64,000 nt of DNA from a virus, in IMG/VR virus record IMGVR_UViG_3300042007_000202, positions 32,001 to 96,000 of that record. One strand, given 5' to 3'. The stretch's first letter is position 1. Each line of letters begins with the position of its first letter. Shown here piece by piece: positions 29,021 to 37,595 of this stretch. A program made the position numbers and the translations under genes. Below the pieces are notes generated by a model. It made no database searches. It saw nothing but the letters and a program-made list of their open reading frames with translations, and was not told the DNA's origin.

Positions 29021-29343
29021 GTCGTGATACTCCGGGGCGGGGTCAGCGGCAGCCCGTCAGCCGCGACCCAAGGCGGGTTCTTGAAGTCCCAGGGCTCAGC
29101 TGTGAGCTGCATGGCGTGGGTGGGGTTGTCCGCGCGGTGGACTTCGGCCCAGGCGTCCCTGTCGGACGCCGAGAAGAAGGGCTCCCGCACGGTGCAGCAG
29201 CAGCAGGAAGCGTAGTACGCCCAGAGTTCGGTGAGGCCGTTGGCGTAGGTGACGATGGTGGCGCCGGTGGCCTGGCCGTCTGCGTTGACGGGCATCTCGC
29301 GGCGGATAATGTCGCGGTTCTTGTCCGCGTGGATGGCGCTCAC
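29017..29343 (-). CDS. Hypothetical protein
   Basis: Coupled to the downstream ORF. Confidence 0.55.
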   Translation of the reverse strand: MSAIHADKNRDIIRREMPVNADGQATGATIVTYANGLTELWAYYASCCCCTVREPFFSASDRDAWAEVHRADNPTHAMQLTAEPWDFKNPPWVAADGLPLTPPRSITT

Positions 29344-29571
29344 CGGGTACGCCTACCCGGCCGGAAGGGAATGATCTGCGCGGATCGTTCGATGGGGGTA
29401 GTCATGGGTGGCTTGGTCTCCATCACAGCACCGTATTGGTGTAGCGCCGTCCGGAGTGGCTGGCGGCCGGTGGGGGTCGGGGGCAGCTCACGCGGACGGG
29501 CGGAGAAGGGCGGGCCGGTCAGGCTGGCGAGAAGGCGAGGAGACGCGGCGGCCCGGACAGGTGAAGCTGGT

Positions 29572-30243
29572 TCAGCCGGTGAACCACTCCAGGAGCTGGC
29601 CGCGCAGCCGCTCCTGCGCCTCGGCCTCGGTGGCGCCTTCGGCGCGGAGCTGAGTCACGGGGCACACGGCCACGTACCCCCCGGCGCCCAGCCGCTCTCG
29701 CGTCTGCACCATCAGCTCCCGGCCCGGCTCGTGCCCGGCGTCGGGGAAGTATGTGGCGTGCACCCGGCGCATGGCTTCGCTGAAGCGCTCGGCCAGCTCG
29801 TCAGCGGAGCTGGAGGAGTTGATGTAGCGGGCGGTGGCGTGGTCGCCCTGGATGGCGATGTACTCCACCCAACGCAGGATGAACATGCGGAAGCGGCGGA
29901 TCTGCCCGTCCCGGCCGGTCTCGGTCAGGCGGGTCATCTGCTGTAGCTCGGCGTCGAAGTGGCTCACGGTCTCCGGGCTGATCTCCGCTACGGCGTCCCG
30001 GAGGCAGCCGACGGAGCGGGTGAGCGGGACGTAGGTCTGCTCTCGGCCCTCGCTGTGGTCCACGGAGACGGGGACCACAGCGAAGGACTCGGCCACGGCA
30101 GCGCCGGGGTTGTCGCGGAGGCGGCCGATGGCGTCGGCCAGCTCGTCGAACACCTGGGGCGGCAGGCCCTTGATCTGCTCCATGGCCTCGTCGCTGATGA
30201 CGACTTCGTAGGGGGCCTCGGAGGCGGTGGGTGGCTCGGTCAT
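29572..30243 (-). CDS. Composite TA-like protein (RelE-like N-terminus, DUF6247-like middle, HicB-like C-terminus)
   Basis: YEVVISDEAMEQIKGLP..LRDNP; LRDAVAEISPETVSHFDAE..FILRW; YVAVCP..RAEGATEAEAQERL. Confidence 0.45.
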   Translation of the reverse strand: MTEPPTASEAPYEVVISDEAMEQIKGLPPQVFDELADAIGRLRDNPGAAVAESFAVVPVSVDHSEGREQTYVPLTRSVGCLRDAVAEISPETVSHFDAELQQMTRLTETGRDGQIRRFRMFILRWVEYIAIQGDHATARYINSSSSADELAERFSEAMRRVHATYFPDAGHEPGRELMVQTRERLGAGGYVAVCPVTQLRAEGATEAEAQERLRGQLLEWFTG

Positions 30244-30283
30244 ACCCGGAGAGTACCTGTGGGAGATGGCGGAGGGGCTGACC

Positions 30284-30562
30284 TCAACCGAACAGCGTGG
30301 GCTGCTGGTAAGGGCTTGCTGCGGGGGTGGTGGGGCCGGGGGTGCCGGGCAGGCGCGGGAGGCCCTTGATGGGGTGCAGGGAGCCGGGGCACAGGGTGTA
30401 GGCGTCGCCGGTGGGGGCCCGGTGCCGGGCCAGTAGGCCGGTCCTCATGTGCTCGGCTGGCCACCTCTTGCACGACTTCTCGGGGCAGAGGTAGCGGTCG
30501 GGGGCCGCCGCCGCCCGTTTTCCTGAGCTGGCGGGGCCCCCCGGGGTGGGGGGTTGGGTCAT
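30284..30562 (-). CDS. Small Zn-binding protein ending QQPTLFG
   Basis: CPEKSC..RH..CPGS. Confidence 0.5.
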   Translation of the reverse strand: MTQPPTPGGPASSGKRAAAAPDRYLCPEKSCKRWPAEHMRTGLLARHRAPTGDAYTLCPGSLHPIKGLPRLPGTPGPTTPAASPYQQPTLFG

Positions 30563-30572
30563 GCAGGTGAGG

Positions 30573-30815
30573 CTAGTTGGCGATCCGTAGTGCCGGGCGG
30601 GCGGGCGGCCGGGCGGGCGGGCGGCCGGGCATCTCGGCTCCGAGGGCGCGCCCGGCTGCCAGGAGCTTGTCCGCTGCATCCCGGACCAGGCAGCGGACCT
30701 CGAAGTGCCCGCCGGAGTGGAGATCCTTGAGGAGTTCGCGCAGATCAGCCTCTTGGGCCATCACTGCTTCGCGGATCTGGACAGGGTCCGGAGGTGGCAA
30801 GAAGTCGTTGTCCAT
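30573..30815 (-). CDS. Hypothetical protein
   Basis: Helical 80-aa ORF. Confidence 0.5.
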   Translation of the reverse strand: MDNDFLPPPDPVQIREAVMAQEADLRELLKDLHSGGHFEVRCLVRDAADKLLAAGRALGAEMPGRPPARPPARPALRIAN

Positions 30816-30982
30816 TCAGTCACATTAGCGACGAAGTGACTACGGAGTGGAAGCGTTTGTACAAGTCGCCTGTGAGGGTTTCCTGCGCGAGGTGTGCACT
30901 TGCCCCCGGCATCGGATGATCGCGTTCCGGTTTAGGGCGTGCCGCAGGTGACACGTGCCTGCCTGGGCTCGGAGGAAACGTG

Positions 30983-31260
30983 CCTGGCCCCTCCCCCGGG
31001 CTGAGCGCGAGGGAGGGGCCAGGTGTTCGGGGGGCCACCCCTGTGGTGCGGAAGAGGCGGGGTGGCCCCCGGCGCCCGCAGCGGCACGGGTGCCCGTCCC
31101 GGCGTGCGCGTCTGAGGTCGGCAAAGGAGGGTGCCGCAGCGCAGGCCGGGGAGGTTCCTGGGCCGCGCCCCCGCTTGTGCTGGAGGGCGGGGGCGCGGTG
31201 GGTGCACACGACCGACAGAGGCTGTCCTGGGGAGGTAGCGCGCCCATCCCGTGCACCGCG
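30983..31260 (-). ncRNA. Candidate multi-hairpin sRNA with C/U-rich anti-SD loops
   Basis: Four consecutive stem-loops; upstream ATGCAC-17 nt-TAACTT promoter-like site at about 31267-31295; no convincing ORF. Confidence 0.4.
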
Positions 31261-31397
31261 TACATGAAGTTAGCACACGCGCACGCTGTGTGCATGGGGT
31301 AGGGCGGCCCCTTCTCTTGCGGGTGGTGTGGGGGCGCCGCCGCCCCGGGCCCGTAAGCGGCCCGGGGGGCGGACATGGGGTTTGCGTACGCGCGCCG

Positions 31398-32987
31398 TTA
31401 CCGCCCGCCGCCTGGCAGTCCCGGCCCGCTGCGCCCGAGCGGGATCGAGCCGAACCCGCCGCGCTGCCCTGCCTGCTGGGCGGCCTGGGCGATGCTGACC
31501 TGGGAGGCGTTGCCGATGTGCTGGCTGGCGCCGGGGATCTTGAGCAGTCCGTAGGCGAGGTACGTGCTGGCGTCGATGCGGCCCGGCGAGTCGGTGTGGT
31601 CCGGCTGCCACGTGGCCCACTCCTCCTCCATCTCCGGCAGGTACGCCGTGGTGCGGATCCGGTCCTCCAGCCACTGCTGGGCGATGGGCTCCGCCCGCAG
31701 GTGCTTCCCCGTCTTCGCGGTGACGGGCTGGATGTACGGCTTGAGGGCGCCCTTGGGGATGGCGCCTTCCTTCTGGAGGGCTTCCCACGCGGTGGCGATG
31801 GCCAGGTTGACCATGTCGCCTCCGTAGTTGCGTTCTACGAGGATGACCGTCGCGCCGATCTCGAACGCCAGCAGGCATGCCCGCCGCGACCACTGCGCGG
31901 ACGAGCACGGGCGGGAGCGGTCGTGGGTGATGTAGAGCCGCTGGTCTGTGCCCCGGAACCCGCCGATGATCCCGGCGACGTCCCGGCCGCCGCCGGACGG
32001 GTCGACCGCGACGGCGATCCGCTCGGGCTGGGGGACGGCGGGGTGGCCGTGCAGGCGGCGCTGGTCGGCGAGCTGGTCGCGGGTGATGAGTGCGCCCTCA
32101 GCCGGTTGGGGGTCGCCCTGGTAGAGGGCGCCCCAGTCGCGCGGGGTGGATGTGGAGCGCTTGTCGGCCCAGTGGGCGCTGAGGGCTTCGGTGTCCTCGT
32201 CGGGGAGGGCGGGGTGGGTGAGGGGGTCGCCCGGCTGGCGGCCGAGCGGGTCGTCCGGGCTGACGGCCACGGCCGGGAGGTGGATGACGCGCCACCGGCC
32301 GCCGGTGTCGGTGGTGCCTTCGTGGCGGAGGACCCGCCCGGCGAGGTCGTCTTCGTGCCAGCGGGTCATCACCAGCACGATCGGCACCCCGGGGCGCAGG
32401 CGGGACAGGAAGACGCTGCTCCACCACTCCCAGACGTGGTTGCGCATCCTCAGGCTGTCGGCGTCGCGACGGTCCTTGTGGGGGTCGTCGACGATGCCCA
32501 CACCGGTGATGGGGAAGCCCGTGAGGGAGCCGCCCACGCCGGTAGCGCGGACGCCGCCGCCGGAGGTGACGGACCAGTCGTAGACGTTGGACTCGCCGCG
32601 CTGGAGGTGCAAGCCGTAGGCGGCGCCGCGCTCGATGACGTGGCGGCGGACCGCGCGGGACTTCTTGATGGCCAGGGACGCGGCGTAGGAGGCGATCGCG
32701 TTACGCGAGGTGGGGTGGCGGGTGAGCCACCAGAACGGCAACAGCTCGGACACCAGTGTCGACTTGCCGACCTGCGGGGGGGTGGCCAGCAGGAGCCGGT
32801 CGTAGTCCTTGCCGAGGCGGGTGAGTTCGCCGCCGATGAGGCGGGTGTGGGCCCGCGCCATGAAGCCGGGCGGGTCGAGGTAGCGGCCCATGGCGGCCGG
32901 GTTGGTCAGGGCGGCCAGCCGCTTGGCCTCGGCGCGGGTGTCGGCTGACGTGAGGTCAGCGAAGGTCGTGCTCACCCCGCCCCCCAT
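31398..32987 (-). CDS. terL: Terminase large subunit
   Basis: Walker A PPQVGKST, Walker B GIVDDPHKD, VMTRWHEDDLAG, ALYQGDP, nuclease AVDPS. Confidence 0.95.
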   Translation of the reverse strand: MGGGVSTTFADLTSADTRAEAKRLAALTNPAAMGRYLDPPGFMARAHTRLIGGELTRLGKDYDRLLLATPPQVGKSTLVSELLPFWWLTRHPTSRNAIASYAASLAIKKSRAVRRHVIERGAAYGLHLQRGESNVYDWSVTSGGGVRATGVGGSLTGFPITGVGIVDDPHKDRRDADSLRMRNHVWEWWSSVFLSRLRPGVPIVLVMTRWHEDDLAGRVLRHEGTTDTGGRWRVIHLPAVAVSPDDPLGRQPGDPLTHPALPDEDTEALSAHWADKRSTSTPRDWGALYQGDPQPAEGALITRDQLADQRRLHGHPAVPQPERIAVAVDPSGGGRDVAGIIGGFRGTDQRLYITHDRSRPCSSAQWSRRACLLAFEIGATVILVERNYGGDMVNLAIATAWEALQKEGAIPKGALKPYIQPVTAKTGKHLRAEPIAQQWLEDRIRTTAYLPEMEEEWATWQPDHTDSPGRIDASTYLAYGLLKIPGASQHIGNASQVSIAQAAQQAGQRGGFGSIPLGRSGPGLPGGGR

Positions 32988-33018
32988 CCACGCAGATGGG
33001 GGGCGGGGGAGCCATGGC

Positions 33019-33279
33019 TCAGTCCCCCAGGTACAGCGAGAGACTGAAGACGCCGTACAGGCTGGCGATGTGCGTCAGCAGCGGCGCCAGGGCCTCCTTG
33101 GTCGGGTGTTCGACGCCCAGGGCGGGCGCGCCGTTGCTCATCTCGGTTCGGTAGATCTGCGCGGATGAGGCTTCGGTGGCCCTGGCCAGGGCTGCCTCCG
33201 TCTCGGCCAGGCACTTGTCCCGCTCGTCGGCGCGGGCGAACGCCGCGATCAGCGTCCAGGGGCGGGTGGGTTGGGTCAT
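33019..33279 (-). CDS. Hypothetical protein
   Basis: GGAGGAG RBS; MTQPTRPW... Confidence 0.6.
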   Translation of the reverse strand: MTQPTRPWTLIAAFARADERDKCLAETEAALARATEASSAQIYRTEMSNGAPALGVEHPTKEALAPLLTHIASLYGVFSLSLYLGD

Positions 33280-33378
33280 GGGTGGTCTCCTCCGCATTGG
33301 GGAGACACGAGGTTAGCGTACGCAGCGCGCGTCCACCCGGCCGCCCGCCCGGCCGGGCGGGCGGCCGGGTGTCGGCGT

Positions 33379-33621
33379 CTAGTACTCGCCCGGACTGCCG
33401 CTGTCCGTGACCAGCGTTACCCGTGCCGAGGTGAAGTCCAGGGCCCACTTGCCGAGCGAGGCCAGCGGGGCGCGCTCCACGGAGCGCACCACCAGTTGCT
33501 GGTCGTTGGGGTACTTGGTGACGCGGACGCCGGGGGTGGCGGTCTCGGGTCGGCTGTCGATGCCGGTCAGGGCCTGCTGCGCCTGGGCGGCGTCGGGCAG
33601 CCTGATGATCAGCTCCCACAT
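33379..33621 (-). CDS. Hypothetical protein
   Basis: GGAAAGGA RBS. Confidence 0.6.
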   Translation of the reverse strand: MWELIIRLPDAAQAQQALTGIDSRPETATPGVRVTKYPNDQQLVVRSVERAPLASLGKWALDFTSARVTLVTDSGSPGEY

Positions 33622-33666
33622 GGGGGGTTTCCTTTCCTGGGGGTTGGGGGGTGCGCGTCATCGCGT

Positions 33667-34269
33667 TCAGTCCGGGAGGTCGAGCACGTCGTAGGGGTCG
33701 ATCTGCCCGCTGGTGGCGTGCTTGCGGGCCAGGTGCATGATCGCCTCGTCCAGCTCGGCGCGGAGGGCGTTGTCGTCCGGGGGGACGTGGGAGAAGCGGA
33801 CGGGGCCGCCGGAGCGGCCGGTGACGGCCACGTTCTGGTCGGGTTCCCCGAGCGCGAAGCGGATGAGCTTGCTGTAGGCGTCGGCCACGCGCACGGTCTC
33901 CGTGGCGTTGAGGTTCTGTCCGACCAGCGAGGTGATCGCTTCGGTGGCCTTCTCGTGGAAGGCGGCGGCCAGCTTCAGGTGGTCCTGGACCATCCGGCGC
34001 TGGCGCTCCATGATCGCCGCCACCCACTGGTCGTCCATGTGCCGGTCGAAGGCTTCGGCGCGGACGGTCCAGCGGAAGGTGTGGCTGTACTGCTGGGCGG
34101 TGCGGTGGGTGACGTTCAACCTTTCCGCGACCCGCTTCAAGGTTCGGGTGCGGCCCAGGTCGCGGTAGACGGTGAACTGGCCCCAGCGCTTGACGCTCTC
34201 TCCGGGCTGGCGGTCCCAGGGGTCGCGGCCGTCTTCGGCGAGCGTGATGGGCTCGCGCGGGGTGGGCAT
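33667..34269 (-). CDS. terS: Terminase small subunit
   Basis: PWDRQPGESVKRWGQFTVYRDLG..RTLKRVAE..WTVRAEAFD and VTGRSGGPV; upstream of terL. Confidence 0.75.
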   Translation of the reverse strand: MPTPREPITLAEDGRDPWDRQPGESVKRWGQFTVYRDLGRTRTLKRVAERLNVTHRTAQQYSHTFRWTVRAEAFDRHMDDQWVAAIMERQRRMVQDHLKLAAAFHEKATEAITSLVGQNLNATETVRVADAYSKLIRFALGEPDQNVAVTGRSGGPVRFSHVPPDDNALRAELDEAIMHLARKHATSGQIDPYDVLDLPD

Positions 34270-34775
34270 CAGGTCCTCTTCTCATCCGCGTGGATGGGGG
34301 GCGTGGGGTCCGCGAAGAAGCCCTTGCACACCTGGGCGGGCAGGTGCTGGGGGTCGGGGTTGTGGGGCATGTGGCAGCGTTCGCAGCGGGGGTGGGGGCT
34401 GGTGGCGGCGTCGGCGGGCGGGCTGTGCGGCATCACCTGGGGGGAGGGTCCGCGTCCGTCGGCGCAGACCCGGCAGAACGGCATCATGGCGTGGTTGTAG
34501 TAGGTGATCTTGGCGGAGCCGCACTGGACGCACCGGGCGGTGGCGTGCTCGGGGACGGTGGGGTCGGTGCGGTCCAGGGTGTTGTGGGCGAGGCGGACGG
34601 CCGTGGTGACGGCTTCCTGGAGGGGGGTGACGGGTGGGGGGCTGCCGTCGCCGGGGCCGGTGAGGAGGTGGGTGGCCTGGGCCTGGCAGGCGAGGTAGTT
34701 CCCGACGTGGATGAGGGTGGCCAGGGCGTGTTCCAGGGTGGTGCGGGCTTCGGTGAGGTCGTCGGTGCGGGTCAC
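34269..34775 (-). CDS. Hypothetical protein with CxxC motifs
   Basis: Coupled to both neighbours; CVQC, CRVC, CERC. Confidence 0.6.
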   Translation of the reverse strand: MTRTDDLTEARTTLEHALATLIHVGNYLACQAQATHLLTGPGDGSPPPVTPLQEAVTTAVRLAHNTLDRTDPTVPEHATARCVQCGSAKITYYNHAMMPFCRVCADGRGPSPQVMPHSPPADAATSPHPRCERCHMPHNPDPQHLPAQVCKGFFADPTPPIHADEKRT

Positions 34776-35713
34776 GCGCCCACCTCCTGGGGGGTGTCGG
34801 CGGCGTCCATCTGGGCGGCGAGCCGCTTGCGGTTGCGGGCTTCGACGCTGTTCACAGCCTTGGCGGCCTCCTCGCTGTAGCTGCCGCACTTGATCATGTT
34901 GGCGCGGAAGTAGCTGACCACGCTGATGCGTTCGGCTCCGCACCGCTCGCACATGCCGTTGCGGCGCTCGCCGCACTCGCAGAAGATCGCCGTGTTGCCG
35001 TGGTACTCGTGGGCGTCGATCAGGGCCAGGTCGCCGTGCTGCATGTCCAGCGCCACCCGGTACTTGGGGAAGACGAGCTGGCCGCCGGTGTAGGAGCCCT
35101 TGCGGAGGCAGGCCAGGGTGGAGAACCCGGCCTCCAGGTCGCCCGCGTCCAGGTGGGTGCCGGTGGGGTAGGTGTTGTTGACCGTGACCGTGCTGAAGGG
35201 TGTGCCGGGCACGACCCACTCGGGGTAGGTCTTGTTCACCTCGGCCATCTGCACGGCGTACCGGTCGGGCAGGCGGGCCTCGAAGTGCCGCGCGATGGCC
35301 TGGAGGAAGGGGCGTAGCGTCTCCCACTGGGGCAGGTTCGCGCCGGTCCACGCGGTCAGGCGGCAGTACTTCTGGTGTCCGGCGGAGTCGAACGCGCCGA
35401 TGATGGCGGAGGGGACGGGCAGGGCGCGGGACTTGTTGCCGGAGCCGGACTTGACCCTCCTTGACCCCGAGGCTGCTCCACGGTTCTCGGTCTTGGCGGA
35501 CTTCAGGGCGTGCAGGGTCTCGTAGACGCCGGGGAGTTCGGCTTCCTTGAGGAGCGCGCCGGGCAGGTACACCACGAGCGGGTGGCCGTTGGGCTTGAGG
35601 AGCTTGGCCGGGCCGGTGAGGAGGGCGTTGAAGTCTTCCTGGCCGAGGATCTTGCCGATCTTGGACTCCAGCTCGGCTGTGGGGATGCGGGTGCGCAGGC
35701 GGGCTTCAATCAC
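34772..35713 (-). CDS. TET/JBP-family 2OG-Fe(II) dioxygenase (5-methylpyrimidine oxidase)
   Basis: CRLTAWT; PFSTVTVNNTYPTGTHLDAGD (HxD); GGQLVFP; DAHEYHGNT (distal His); RISVVSYFR (2OG-binding Arg); GTG start at 35713. Confidence 0.85.
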   Translation of the reverse strand: MIEARLRTRIPTAELESKIGKILGQEDFNALLTGPAKLLKPNGHPLVVYLPGALLKEAELPGVYETLHALKSAKTENRGAASGSRRVKSGSGNKSRALPVPSAIIGAFDSAGHQKYCRLTAWTGANLPQWETLRPFLQAIARHFEARLPDRYAVQMAEVNKTYPEWVVPGTPFSTVTVNNTYPTGTHLDAGDLEAGFSTLACLRKGSYTGGQLVFPKYRVALDMQHGDLALIDAHEYHGNTAIFCECGERRNGMCERCGAERISVVSYFRANMIKCGSYSEEAAKAVNSVEARNRKRLAAQMDAADTPQEVGA

Positions 35714-36509
35714 GGCTCTCCCCCTTCTGAGCGGCGGCGTGGTGGCGCTGGGGCTTGGGGATGAAGGACAGTTCGCCGGGCCGCTTGGGGTGGGGGCGCA
35801 GGTACTGGGGCCAGCGTTCGGTGAGGCGGTTGACGAGGCCCATCTCGGCGCCGGGGGTGCGGTTGGCGACGGCTCCGCCCCGGTTGCTGTAGTGCTGGTA
35901 TCCGGCGACGTACATGTCCAGGCGGGCCACCTTCCCGTAGGTGTCCAGGTGGGCGCAGGTGTAGTCGTAGTCCTCCTTGAAGGGGAGGGTCTGGTCCCAG
36001 CGGGGTTCGGCCGTGTCGGCGGCGCACAGGGAGCCGATGATGAAGCCGTAGTCCAGGGTCCGGCCGCGCGCGAAGTAGGCGTTGTCGGTGGGTGGTACGC
36101 CGACCAGGTGCACGCTGCCGTTGAGGGCGGCGAGCATGGCGTTGCGGAGCTGGATCCAGGGGACGGGGCGGCCCTTGGGGTGGGAGTCGGTGACGTGCTT
36201 GAAGCCCTTGGCGTCGTCGTCGGTCTGGATGCACACGGCTCCGGCTTCAACCGCGTGGATCAGGGCCGCGTTGCGGGCGGCCGCAAGGGCGAACTCGCCC
36301 TGGCCGGGGTCGCGTACGGCGAGGACGGCGTCGGCTCCGGCGGCGGCGTAGTCGTGCCGCTCGTGCCACGGCACCACCCACGTGATCATGTCCGGGGCGA
36401 ACAGGGCCTGCATGGCGGGGACGTTGCCGGGGCGTCCGGCGCTGATGCAGTACACGCCGAAGGAGCGGCCGTCCACGGACTGGTACACGGCGATGGCGGG
36501 GGTGCTCAC
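35706..36509 (-). CDS. GT-A glycosyltransferase, TET-associated (TAGT/GREB1-like)
   Basis: CISAGRP, ARNAAL, IQTDDD (DxD), KEDYDYT, YSNRGG; overlaps the TET gene. Confidence 0.8.
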   Translation of the reverse strand: MSTPAIAVYQSVDGRSFGVYCISAGRPGNVPAMQALFAPDMITWVVPWHERHDYAAAGADAVLAVRDPGQGEFALAAARNAALIHAVEAGAVCIQTDDDAKGFKHVTDSHPKGRPVPWIQLRNAMLAALNGSVHLVGVPPTDNAYFARGRTLDYGFIIGSLCAADTAEPRWDQTLPFKEDYDYTCAHLDTYGKVARLDMYVAGYQHYSNRGGAVANRTPGAEMGLVNRLTERWPQYLRPHPKRPGELSFIPKPQRHHAAAQKGESRD

Positions 36510-36736
36510 GCGGTCCTCCGGCGGGGGGCGGGGCCGTACGGGCTGGCCCAGGCCGGGCGGTCGGGGCGGCGGCCGTTGAGGAGGGCCGCGTACCGCTGTA
36601 GGGCGCGGGCGGCGGCGCGGACGTGCTTGAGGATGGCGTCGATGGCGGCGTGCAGGCGCGCCTTCTGCTCGGGGGTGAAGCGGGGCACCTGGACGCGGGG
36701 GCGGGCGGGCGGCCGGGCGGCCGGGCGGGCGCTCAT
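36506..36736 (-). CDS. Small basic hypothetical protein
   Basis: Coupled at both ends; ..DRPAWASPYGP. Confidence 0.55.
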   Translation of the reverse strand: MSARPAARPPARPRVQVPRFTPEQKARLHAAIDAILKHVRAAARALQRYAALLNGRRPDRPAWASPYGPAPRRRTA

Positions 36737-37032
36737 GCGGGGTGTTCCTCCTTGAGGCGGTAGGTGACGGCGAACTCGCTGTCGGGGACGGGGTACAGGC
36801 GGCCCTTCCCGTCCATGACCAGGACGTCGCCGGGGGCGGCGTAGACCGTGCCGCAGCGGCTGACGAGGGGGACGCACGGGCCGAGGCCGGGCATGTGCAC
36901 GGGGTGCAGGACGCGGTTGAAGAATGTGCACGCTTCGGCCAGGTTGTCGCCGGTCCACACCATGGCCTGGACCTTGGTGGGTCGGTGGACGTAGAGCCCG
37001 GCCGGGCGGGCGGCCGGGCGGCCGGGCGTCAC
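36733..37032 (-). CDS. Phage hypothetical protein
   Basis: PTKVQAMVWTGDN..APGDVLV..G.LYPV...FAVTY, a common phage small-protein pattern. Confidence 0.65.
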   Translation of the reverse strand: MTPGRPAARPAGLYVHRPTKVQAMVWTGDNLAEACTFFNRVLHPVHMPGLGPCVPLVSRCGTVYAAPGDVLVMDGKGRLYPVPDSEFAVTYRLKEEHPA

Positions 37033-37595
37033 GAGGGGAGTCCCTTGAGGAAGCGCCAGCGGCTGTAGACGAGGAAGGCGTCGTGGAGGGCGTGGTGGGC
37101 GCCGTCGGGGGCGGACTGGGGCAGCTCGGTCTCCGTGACGCCCAGGCGGGAGGCCTCCTGCTGGATGTCGTGGGTGAAGCGGGGCATGTAGGGCGGGAGC
37201 GCGGCCATGGGCCCGTAGAGCTGGCAGAGGGCGACGTGGTCGTAGGCGCCGTAGTCGGCCCAGAGTTCGGCGGGTCCGGCCGCCGCCATGAAGGCGTCGA
37301 TGGTGCGGCGGAACTGGCCGAGGGGGCGGACGTCGGGGTGTTCGCGGTCGAGGTGGCCGAGTCCGGCCTGCATGCAGCGGCAGCCCGGTTTGCACGGGCG
37401 GACGGGCAGGTGGGGCCAGACGTGTTCCTTGAGGTAGGGGTGGGTGGCGACGCGGTGTTCGTCCAGGTCGCCGTTGACGACGTACAGGGAGGCGCCGCCT
37501 TGGGTGGTGGCTCCGAAGCTGATGGGGTCGATGAGGTGGCCGTCCTCCAGGAACTCGAAGTCGTAGAAGACGCGGTCGTGGGCGGGGGCGGTCAC
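37029..37595 (-). CDS. DEDDh 3'-5' exonuclease (Rv2179c-like)
   Basis: VFYDFEFLEDG, LWADYGAYDHVALCQLYG, HHALHDA. Confidence 0.8.
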   Translation of the reverse strand: MTAPAHDRVFYDFEFLEDGHLIDPISFGATTQGGASLYVVNGDLDEHRVATHPYLKEHVWPHLPVRPCKPGCRCMQAGLGHLDREHPDVRPLGQFRRTIDAFMAAAGPAELWADYGAYDHVALCQLYGPMAALPPYMPRFTHDIQQEASRLGVTETELPQSAPDGAHHALHDAFLVYSRWRFLKGLPS

